Origin: Thermoleophilia bacterium
GTDB lineage: Bacteria; Actinomycetota; Thermoleophilia; RBG-16-64-13
Reading direction: 5' to 3'
Length of the DNA stretch: 64,000 bases
Assembly (NCBI GenBank): GCA_050943595.1
Contig: JBMNPM010000003.1
Coordinates: 86,476-150,475, forward strand
Part shown: positions 9,225 through 16,498 of the stretch, piece after piece
Layout: each line of letters begins with the position of its first letter
Position numbering within the stretch: position 1 is the stretch's first letter
The notes under the pieces: generated by a model
What the model was told of the DNA's origin: nothing
What the model saw: the letters and a program-made list of their open reading frames with translations, nothing else
The model's database searches: none
Made by a program: the position numbers and the translations under genes

Positions 9225-10488
9225 GCCGGTCTCTGCACCCAAAGGCACGTATGACATCCTGCCCGGCGACCAGCCGGTGCGCCGATGGGTTATCGCCTGC
9301 GCGGAGGCCGTCTTTCGTCGTTACGGGTACGCACGTATCGACACACCCACCTTTGAAGAGACCCGGCTGTTCACACGCGGAGTGGGAGAGTCCACCGATA
9401 TCGTGCGCAAGGAGATGTACACATTCGATGACCTCGGCGGCCGCAGCATGACGCTGCGGCCGGAGGGAACTGCTCCGGTGGCGCGCGCCTACGTGGAGTA
9501 CGGCATGCATACTCTGGCTCAGCCGGTGAAACTCTACTATCACGCGCCCATGTTCCGCTACGAAAGCCCCCAATCGGGCCGCTACCGCCAGCACTACCAG
9601 TTGGGAGTGGAGGCCTTTGGTGCAGAGGCTCCAGAGCTGGATGCCGAGGTCATAGGCGTACTGGCCGCCGTCTATCGAGAGTTGGGACTGGAGGGCCTCG
9701 AACTACGCTTGAATTCTATGGGGTGCGCACACTGCCGCCCCAGCTACTCAGTAGCACTGCGCAAGTTTCTTGCCGGACAGGGTGAAGCCTTGTGTCCGGA
9801 GTGCCACGAACGAGCACGGATGAACCCGCTGCGTACCTATGACTGCAAGTCCTCCTCCTGCAGGGCCGTGCTCGAAGCGGCTCCCCGTCTGCCAGATCAC
9901 CTCTGTCCCGCCTGTGATGAACACCATCGGCGGGTGAAGCAGGGATTAGATACACAGGGGATCGCCTTCGTCGACGATCACACACTGGTACGGGGCATGG
10001 ACTACTACACACGCACCACATTTGAATTCCAATCCGGTCTCTTGGGTGCACAATCCGGAGTGGGTGGGGGGGGCCGTTACGACGATCTGGTGAGCGCAAT
10101 CGGAGGGCCGTCGACCCCCGGCGTGGGCTTCGGCACCGGAGTCGAACGTATCCTTTTGGCATTGTCCCGCTCTGGGGTTGAACCCCCGGCGGCCGACACG
10201 CCGTTCATTTATCTGATCGCACTAAACAGCGAGGCGCGTGGACAGGTGTTCGGCCTGGCGCACTCCCTACGCACACAAGGCGTGGCGGCAGACATGGACT
10301 ATGTGGGCAGAAGCGCCAAAGGGCAGATGAAACAGGCCGGCCGCAGCGGAGCTCGTTACGCCTTCATCATCGGGGAACAGGAGTTGGCCGACCAGACAGT
10401 GAACGTTCGTGATCTCTCCACGGGGAGCGAACGACTCCTATCCATCACCGATGCGCTGGCCCTCATGAGTCGCACAACAGCCTCCTAA
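9217..10488 (+). CDS. hisS: histidine--tRNA ligase
   Basis: PKGTYDILPGD, TLRPEGTAPVARAY and class II aaRS motifs; C-terminal anticodon-binding domain. Confidence 0.92.
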   Translation: MPEPVSAPKGTYDILPGDQPVRRWVIACAEAVFRRYGYARIDTPTFEETRLFTRGVGESTDIVRKEMYTFDDLGGRSMTLRPEGTAPVARAYVEYGMHTLAQPVKLYYHAPMFRYESPQSGRYRQHYQLGVEAFGAEAPELDAEVIGVLAAVYRELGLEGLELRLNSMGCAHCRPSYSVALRKFLAGQGEALCPECHERARMNPLRTYDCKSSSCRAVLEAAPRLPDHLCPACDEHHRRVKQGLDTQGIAFVDDHTLVRGMDYYTRTTFEFQSGLLGAQSGVGGGGRYDDLVSAIGGPSTPGVGFGTGVERILLALSRSGVEPPAADTPFIYLIALNSEARGQVFGLAHSLRTQGVAADMDYVGRSAKGQMKQAGRSGARYAFIIGEQELADQTVNVRDLSTGSERLLSITDALALMSRTTAS

Positions 10489-10537
10489 GCTGGGGCGATA
10501 CAGGCGCAGCAGCAACACAGATAACAAAGGACCGATC

Positions 10538-12289
10538 GTGAGATACAGAAACGAGTGGTGTGGCAACCTCACGGAGGATTACATAGGTCGCCAAGTGGAG
10601 GTCGCCGGCTGGGTACAGCGACACCGTAATCACGGTAGGCTGATTTTCATCGACCTTCGCGATCGCACAGGTCTGGTCCAGCTGGTCTTCGAGGCGGATA
10701 CTCCATCCACCCACGAGTTGGCTCAAGATCTGCGCAACGAATACGTGATCTCGGCCTCCGGTACAGTGGTCGCTCGTTCACCAGAGCGTGTCAATCCCAA
10801 TCTCCCCACCGGAGGAGTGGAGGTGGTGGTCAGCCGGCTCGACATCCTCGCTGCCGCAAAGACACCACCCTTCTTCGTGGAGGACGACCTGGACGTCGAC
10901 GAGACGCTCCGCCTCAAGTATCGCTACATCGACCTGCGCCGGCCACGCATGTTCCGGAACCTCCTACTGCGCCATCAGGTGGTGCAGGCGGCCCGCGACT
11001 ATCTGGGCGAGCGGGGCTTCATCGATGTGGAAACCCCCATCCTTACCAAGAGCACGCCGGAGGGAGCTCGTGACTTCTTGGTTCCCAGCCGGCTGCAGCT
11101 GGGGCAGTTTTACGCGCTACCTCAGTCCCCCCAGCTCTTCAAGCAATTGTTGATGATCTCAGGATTCGAACGGTACTACCAGATCGCACGTGCCTTCCGT
11201 GATGAGGACCTTCGCGCCGACCGGCAGCCGGAACACACCCAGATCGATATCGAGATGAGTTTTGTCACCGAGGCCGATATCCAGGAGGTCGTCGAAGGCA
11301 TGCTCGCTGCAGCCTTCCGCAAGACCTTGGGTATCGAGCTGGAGAGACCGTTCCCGCGGCTCACGTATGCTGAGGCCAGGACCCGCTTCGGTACCGACAA
11401 ACCCGATCTGAGATTCGGCATGGAGATCATCGAGGCCGGCGACATAGCGGGAAACATGGATTTCCGGGTGTTCACCGATGCGCTCGCAGCCGGAGGCTGC
11501 ATCAGGGGGCTACGTGTAGAGGGGGGAGGCCGCTTCTCGCGCAAGGATGTGGATGACCTGACCGGCGAAGCCGCCGTGTTTGGAGCCCGGGGACTGCTTC
11601 CCGTCTGGATAGAGCAACAAGGGGTCCGGTCCCCCCTGCAGAAGTTCACTTCCGCAGAGCAAATGCAGGCCCTCATAGAGAGGTTTGGGGGACGCCCCGG
11701 AGATCTACTGCTCCTTGTGGCGGATCGTACATCTGTGGTCGAGACCAGTCTGGGGGCCCTCCGGCTCTCCCTCGCCGACCGCCTAGGTATAGAACGTAGC
11801 GGCTGGGCCTTTTCATGGGTAGTCGACTTTCCTATGTTCGAGTACGACGAGAAGGAGAAACGTCTGAAGGCGCAACACCATCCCTTCACCCTGCCCCGTA
11901 TCACCAACGTGTCCGATCTGCAGACGAGTCCCCTCCAGGTGGGCACGTACGCCTATGACTTGGTACTGAACGGCGTAGAGCTGGGCAGCGGCTCACTTCG
12001 CATAGCCGACCCGCGTCTACAAGAAGCAGTCTTCGAGGTGCTGGGGCTGGACGAACAGCATATCCAGGCCAAGTTCGGTTTCTTGGTGGAGGCAATGGAT
12101 TACGGTATCCCACCTCACGGAGGTATAGGACTGGGTCTCGATCGCACAGTGATGCTGATGGCGGGAGAGTCCTCCATCCGCGACGTGATCGCATTTCCCA
12201 AGACTCAGAGCGGATCGTGCCTGCTCACCGATGCACCCTCACCGGCGGCCGAGGACCAGCTGCGAGAGCTCCGCATACGGACGCTATAG
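10538..12289 (+). CDS. aspS: aspartate--tRNA ligase
   Basis: N-terminal OB fold, FRDEDLRADRQPE motif 2 region, GGIGLGLDR motif 3. Confidence 0.92.
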   Translation: MRYRNEWCGNLTEDYIGRQVEVAGWVQRHRNHGRLIFIDLRDRTGLVQLVFEADTPSTHELAQDLRNEYVISASGTVVARSPERVNPNLPTGGVEVVVSRLDILAAAKTPPFFVEDDLDVDETLRLKYRYIDLRRPRMFRNLLLRHQVVQAARDYLGERGFIDVETPILTKSTPEGARDFLVPSRLQLGQFYALPQSPQLFKQLLMISGFERYYQIARAFRDEDLRADRQPEHTQIDIEMSFVTEADIQEVVEGMLAAAFRKTLGIELERPFPRLTYAEARTRFGTDKPDLRFGMEIIEAGDIAGNMDFRVFTDALAAGGCIRGLRVEGGGRFSRKDVDDLTGEAAVFGARGLLPVWIEQQGVRSPLQKFTSAEQMQALIERFGGRPGDLLLLVADRTSVVETSLGALRLSLADRLGIERSGWAFSWVVDFPMFEYDEKEKRLKAQHHPFTLPRITNVSDLQTSPLQVGTYAYDLVLNGVELGSGSLRIADPRLQEAVFEVLGLDEQHIQAKFGFLVEAMDYGIPPHGGIGLGLDRTVMLMAGESSIRDVIAFPKTQSGSCLLTDAPSPAAEDQLRELRIRTL

Positions 12290-12299
12290 CGGCGCGCTG

Positions 12300-12560
12300 T
12301 GCCGCTATGGCAGGCTCATTGCCCGGCATAATCCCGTGTGTTACCCTCATAGTGCTCGACCTTGCTCGTGATCTGGCTCAAGTTTGAGCCAACACATCAT
12401 GCTTGGGAGACACTCTTACCCGAGCGGCTCAAACCCTTCGGGGGTTGTCACCCACCTGCTAACGCAGGTTCAAGCGCCCGTCAGACACGGCAAGGTGGAG
12501 CCTTCTTTTGGGAAGCTGCTGAAAAACGAAGCCTCGGCCGCCGGAGCACACTGAGCAGCA
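12300..12560 (+). ncRNA. candidate structured ncRNA (6S-RNA-like by position downstream of aspS)
   Basis: A ~270-nt noncoding gap with a UUCG-tetraloop hairpin (caaaccc-ttcg-ggggttg, about 12431-12448), a 9-bp long-range complement (gtttgagcc ... ggctcaaac) and several small hairpins. In Bacillus the 6S-1 RNA gene sits in exactly this aspS-downstream position. Not verified by folding. Confidence 0.25.
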
Positions 12561-12561
12561 C

Positions 12562-12682
12562 GATAGTGCGTCATCGGGAGCACGAATAGCCCTGCTCTTT
12601 ACGCTCCCTCTATCCTTCTCTCACGCGTGCTGATCGCGTTCCGGCGGCGAAGTGTCATATTTCAGCAGCCTATTAGGAACGG
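12562..12682. repeat. ~120-bp dispersed repeat element, copy A (about 86% identical to copy B at 38961-39080, same orientation)
   Basis: Shared core ...cgtcatcgg..gcacgaatagc.ctgct.tt....tccctctatccttctctc.cgcgtgctgatc..gttcc.g..gcgaagtgtcat..ttcagc.gcctatta...; it lies immediately upstream of the RBS of the lipoprotein gene. Confidence 0.7.
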
Positions 12683-12688
12683 GAGGAG

Positions 12689-13216
12689 ATGGCCCAACGC
12701 ACTAGACAGTCTGCAGCTCTTCTGATCCTCCCCATACTCGTCCTCCTCACACTCTGGGGCTGCGGCGCCGATACTGAAGAGAGCAGCACCACTACCATAC
12801 CCAGCACTGTGGCTCATTCTTCCTCCACCACGGTGACCACGCCATCCTTGATCGGTGGGCCGGCCACGCTCGTAGGTACACGACTCCCTGTCACGCAGGA
12901 GACACCCGCAGCATACGTGTATGCCGTCGAGCAGGCCCGTCCGATAGTCCTGCTTTTCTACCTACCCGGCGGCGTGGATGACCAGAAGGTGTTGACCGGA
13001 GTTTCGAGCCTCCAGGCCCAGTTTCCCGGATATGTGTTCCTACTCTTCGACTCAACCAATCCCGATGCCTACGGAGACCTCTCCACTCTACTCAAGATCG
13101 ACTACTCACCGGCGTTGATCCTTATCGATAGTACGGGCACCATCAATACCGTCTGGAGCGGCTATGTCGACGAGGGCACGATCAAGCAGTGCCTGGTCAA
13201 CTTAGGAGAAGTCTGA
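12689..13216 (+). CDS. putative lipoprotein (thioredoxin-like pattern without CxxC)
   Basis: Signal peptide ending LTLWGC (lipobox), Ser/Thr-rich linker, GGGAGGAG RBS 6 nt upstream. Confidence 0.6.
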   Translation: MAQRTRQSAALLILPILVLLTLWGCGADTEESSTTTIPSTVAHSSSTTVTTPSLIGGPATLVGTRLPVTQETPAAYVYAVEQARPIVLLFYLPGGVDDQKVLTGVSSLQAQFPGYVFLLFDSTNPDAYGDLSTLLKIDYSPALILIDSTGTINTVWSGYVDEGTIKQCLVNLGEV

Positions 13217-14409
13217 CCGTCTCAGCGGATGTTGTCGCCTCGGCGTGCGCCGTTTCACGCGCCTCTCTGGGCTATGCGCCGGCGTGGAGCGAGGTTATAG
13301 AACGACCGACAGCCCCCCTCAACTCCCGAGGTGTCCTGGTGGGGATGAGCGGGGGCATCGACAGCTCAGTGGCCGCGCTGCTTCTGCGCGAGCAGGGATA
13401 TGCGGTCATCGGCGTGACACTGAAGCTGTGGACAGATGTGGCCACCTCGAAGGAGCACAGTTGCTGCTCCCCGGAAAGCGCTGAACGGGCCCGGCAGGTG
13501 GCCCGTAAGTTAGGGATACCTCATTTCACCCTCGATGTATCGGAGCTCTTCTACGACCAGGTGGTCCGTTACTTCGTGGAGGGCTACCGCGACGGCCTCA
13601 CTCCCAATCCCTGTGCCAAGTGCAATACACGGGTGAAATTCAGGGTTATGGCCGGTCTGGGTGACAGGCTCGGTCTCGCCTGGGTGGCCACCGGTCACTA
13701 TGCGCGCATGATAGGCGAGCCTCGCACGCTTACGCGCGCACTCCATCGTTCCAAAGACCAATCGTACGTACTGGCCGAAGTAGATCCACACCTCCTCAGG
13801 CGGACATTGTTCCCCCTCGGTCGGATGGCCAAACACCAGGTACAACAGTTGGCCGCCGACACTACTCTCGATACACACCAAGCCAAGGAAAGCCAAGAGA
13901 TCTGTTTCGTAGCCGATGACGATCACCGGCGCTTTCTGCGTGAACGGCTGGGTGAACTCCCCGGGACGATAGTGGACGTCCGAGGGCGCCTCTTGGGCCA
14001 CCACACCGGCACCTACAACTTCACCATCGGCCAGCGTAAAGGTTTGGGGCTGGTCTCGCCCGCCCCTCTGTACGTTCTCCGTATCGATGCAGCGGCCCGT
14101 GAAGTCGTGGTGGGGACAGTGTCTGAGTCGGCGGTGAAGTGCGTGAGCGTGGGTGATCTCACCCACCACCGCCCTTCAAGTGGCCAAGACCTTCAGCTTC
14201 AAATCCGCTCCTCCGGACAGGCCTTAAAAGCCTCTCTCTGTCCTTATAATATCCACGGACAAGACCTCAAGGAACTCTCTACGCTGACGTTCGTCCTAGA
14301 CGAACCCGAGCAGGCCGTAGCCCCCGGACAAACCGCTGTCGTTTACGAGGGGAAACAGGTCGTTGTGGCGGGAACCATCATGCACACCTTCCCCCAATGT
14401 CGGGCCTGA
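13189..14409 (+). CDS. mnmA: tRNA-specific 2-thiouridylase MnmA
   Basis: PP-loop GMSGGIDSS, catalytic Cys region and the PNPC motif; the true start may be downstream of 13189 near LVGMSGG (the N-terminus overlaps the lipoprotein gene end). Confidence 0.85.
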   Translation: MPGQLRRSLTVSADVVASACAVSRASLGYAPAWSEVIERPTAPLNSRGVLVGMSGGIDSSVAALLLREQGYAVIGVTLKLWTDVATSKEHSCCSPESAERARQVARKLGIPHFTLDVSELFYDQVVRYFVEGYRDGLTPNPCAKCNTRVKFRVMAGLGDRLGLAWVATGHYARMIGEPRTLTRALHRSKDQSYVLAEVDPHLLRRTLFPLGRMAKHQVQQLAADTTLDTHQAKESQEICFVADDDHRRFLRERLGELPGTIVDVRGRLLGHHTGTYNFTIGQRKGLGLVSPAPLYVLRIDAAAREVVVGTVSESAVKCVSVGDLTHHRPSSGQDLQLQIRSSGQALKASLCPYNIHGQDLKELSTLTFVLDEPEQAVAPGQTAVVYEGKQVVVAGTIMHTFPQCRA

Positions 14410-14577
14410 TATATCGGTGGACCGGTTCAGACAGCCCGACCCACTATCCCTTATTTCCTGCGCAGAGAACGGCTGATGCCCTATGATATAGTCTCGGGGT
14501 TTAACGAACCACAGGTGTCCGGTCGGCGGTAATCCCAAGGATATCCGTCGTTAGGGGCGGCCAGAAAGGGGCTGGAG

Positions 14578-14952
14578 ATGGAGTGGGATTCCGGCGCGTT
14601 CATGAAGATATGCATCGGCATCTTTTTTCTCGCCTTCGGCGGGGGCATGGCATATGCCCTCATACGTCTGTCCTCAATGTTGGAACGCACAACGAAGATT
14701 TTGGCCGACGTCAACACCGAGATCATCCCGCTGCTCACGCGTGTAAAAGGCACTCTCGATGGAGTGAATGCGGAGTTGGACAGGGTGGAAGAGATAACCG
14801 GTTCTATGGCCGAGATGGCCAAGACCGCTGAACAGACGACCACCGCAGTACAGGGAGCGGTAGCCAAGTCGGTAAAGAAGGTGGCGGGTGTAGCTGCGGG
14901 CATCAGCCGCGGTCTGTCGTCGTTCCTATCGCGTGAGGAGAGGAGTCTCTGA
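14578..14952 (+). CDS. DUF948-family small membrane protein (general-stress-like)
   Basis: One N-terminal TM helix followed by coiled coil; architecture and length match DUF948. Confidence 0.55.
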   Translation: MEWDSGAFMKICIGIFFLAFGGGMAYALIRLSSMLERTTKILADVNTEIIPLLTRVKGTLDGVNAELDRVEEITGSMAEMAKTAEQTTTAVQGAVAKSVKKVAGVAAGISRGLSSFLSREERSL

Positions 14953-15209
14953 TGGGTATGATCCGTTCGTCAGTGCTGTTGCTATCCGGAGCTGCCTTAG
15001 GAGGGGCGCTTCTCCTGGCCCACCGGGTCTCGCAAGAGACGGGAAAAGGCATCGTGGAGTCCTTCGCTGAAGTACCCACCGAAGCCCAAAAACTGTTCAC
15101 CGATCTGCGTGGTCGGGCAGATGAGGCCGTTGCCCGGGGTCGGGAGGCCTACATCGAAAAGCAGGATGAAATTGAAGAGCATCTGAAGAACATCTCCTCC
15201 CGGATATAG
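14952..15209 (+). CDS. YtxH-like small membrane protein
   Basis: TM helix LLLSGAALGGALLLA followed by a charged helical region; its start overlaps the stop of the preceding gene (ATGA). Confidence 0.5.
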   Translation: MGMIRSSVLLLSGAALGGALLLAHRVSQETGKGIVESFAEVPTEAQKLFTDLRGRADEAVARGREAYIEKQDEIEEHLKNISSRI

Positions 15210-15233
15210 AGCGTCTACCAACCTGTCGTACGC

Positions 15234-15644
15234 GTGAGCACTCAGATTCCAGACACGGTTGTCCTGCGGACGCAAAAATGTCGCGCGTCCATTCCGCTCC
15301 TCCGGCTCGTGATCAGTGGAGCGGCTGCAGCAAGCCGGACCGTCCGCGTTGATCAACTCGACGACCTGCAACTCGCCGTTGAGACGCTGGTAGTGGAAGA
15401 GCAGTCTTACGCCGGCGACCTCGTCCTGCACATCAAGGTAGAGGAGCAGCGGCTGCACCTCCGGCTGGAGGGACTCTGCAACCAGAGTGTCAAAGCCCTG
15501 TTGTTGTCGCCGAAGGCATACGGCCCCACGAAAGAGAACCTGATCAACATATGTATGCTGCTTGAGTCTCTAGTCAACGGTTTCTCGGTGGTCGAGGGGC
15601 CCGGCGAAGACTTCGCAGTCCAGCTAGAGAAGTGGACTGTGTAG
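15234..15644 (+). CDS. anti-sigma factor, RsbW/UsfX-like (HATPase_c_2-like; N-box Asn/His not conserved)
   Basis: LRLVISGAAAASRTVRVDQLDDLQLAVETLVVEE aligns with RsbW [34 protein letters not shown] but with N to E and H to Y; lies immediately upstream of the sigma-factor gene. Confidence 0.5.
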   Translation: MSTQIPDTVVLRTQKCRASIPLLRLVISGAAAASRTVRVDQLDDLQLAVETLVVEEQSYAGDLVLHIKVEEQRLHLRLEGLCNQSVKALLLSPKAYGPTKENLINICMLLESLVNGFSVVEGPGEDFAVQLEKWTV

Positions 15645-15688
15645 GTGAGGGTGACCGGACTAGAAGAAACCCGGCAGGTAGCTGCACG

Positions 15689-16495
15689 ATGACTTTGCCT
15701 CGCTATACTCGTCCTTTAGCCGAAGTCAGCGAGCGTGAGTTGCTGGTCCTCATGCGTGATCACCATGACAGACAGGCGCGCGACGAGTTGATAACCCGCT
15801 ATTTGCCCTTGGTGAAGAGTCTGGCCCACCGTTTCGCCCGACGGGGACAAGCCTTGGAAGACCTTGTGCAGGTGGGATCGATCGGCCTCATCAAGGCCGT
15901 CGACCGCTTCGACATGGAGCGGGGTGTTGAGCTTTCCACCTATGCTACACCGACCATCCTGGGAGAGATCAAGCGCTACTTCCGCGACAAGGGCTGGGCC
16001 GTGAAGGTGCCACGGACGCTTCAGGACTTGAACGTACGCCTCAATAAAGTCATCGAACAACTCACGGTGGAACTCCACCATGCTCCCACCATCGCCGAAT
16101 TGGCAGCAGCTACCGGGGTGAGCGAAGAGGAAGTGATAGAAGCACTCGAGAGTGGGCGGGCCTATAGTTCCGTCTCCATCTATTCCGGCAGCGTTAACGA
16201 GGATGACGAATCCTTGGAGTTGCTCGATTGCCTTGGTGTAGAAGAGGACGCCTATGAGGTGTTCGAACAACGACGGGTCTTGGCTCCGGCCATGGAGCGC
16301 CTGAACCCAAGGGAGCGCCTGATCCTACACCTGCGCTTCTTTGAAGGTTTAACTCAGACACAAGTGGCCGCGCGCATAGGGATATCTCAGATGCACGTGT
16401 CCAGACTTATTCGCAAATCGATCGACAATCTGCGCCAGTTCATGGCGGAAGAAGAGGCCCTGACCGGAAGCGGCCGGGGGGGAGACGAGGTCTGA
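15689..16495 (+). CDS. RNA polymerase sigma factor, SigB/SigF/SigG group
   Basis: Region 2 (DLVQVGSIGLIKAVDRFD), region 3 and a region 4 HTH (LTQTQVAARIGISQMHVSRLIRKS); the ATG at 15689 (MTLPRY) is preferred over the ORF-track start at 15632. Confidence 0.85.
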   Translation: MTLPRYTRPLAEVSERELLVLMRDHHDRQARDELITRYLPLVKSLAHRFARRGQALEDLVQVGSIGLIKAVDRFDMERGVELSTYATPTILGEIKRYFRDKGWAVKVPRTLQDLNVRLNKVIEQLTVELHHAPTIAELAAATGVSEEEVIEALESGRAYSSVSIYSGSVNEDDESLELLDCLGVEEDAYEVFEQRRVLAPAMERLNPRERLILHLRFFEGLTQTQVAARIGISQMHVSRLIRKSIDNLRQFMAEEEALTGSGRGGDEV

Positions 16496-16498
16496 CCT

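Noticed and set aside
11176-11946. 256-aa - strand ORF inside aspS
   Set aside because: Antisense to a strongly conserved aaRS gene, Ser/Arg/Pro-rich low-complexity translation typical of high-GC antisense frames. The same reasoning applies to 19404-20051, 4811-5449, 1382-1780 and similar.
12362-12589. 75-aa ORF in the aspS-downstream gap
   Set aside because: No RBS, a composition-driven frame, and it overlaps the region better explained as structured RNA plus the start of repeat copy A.
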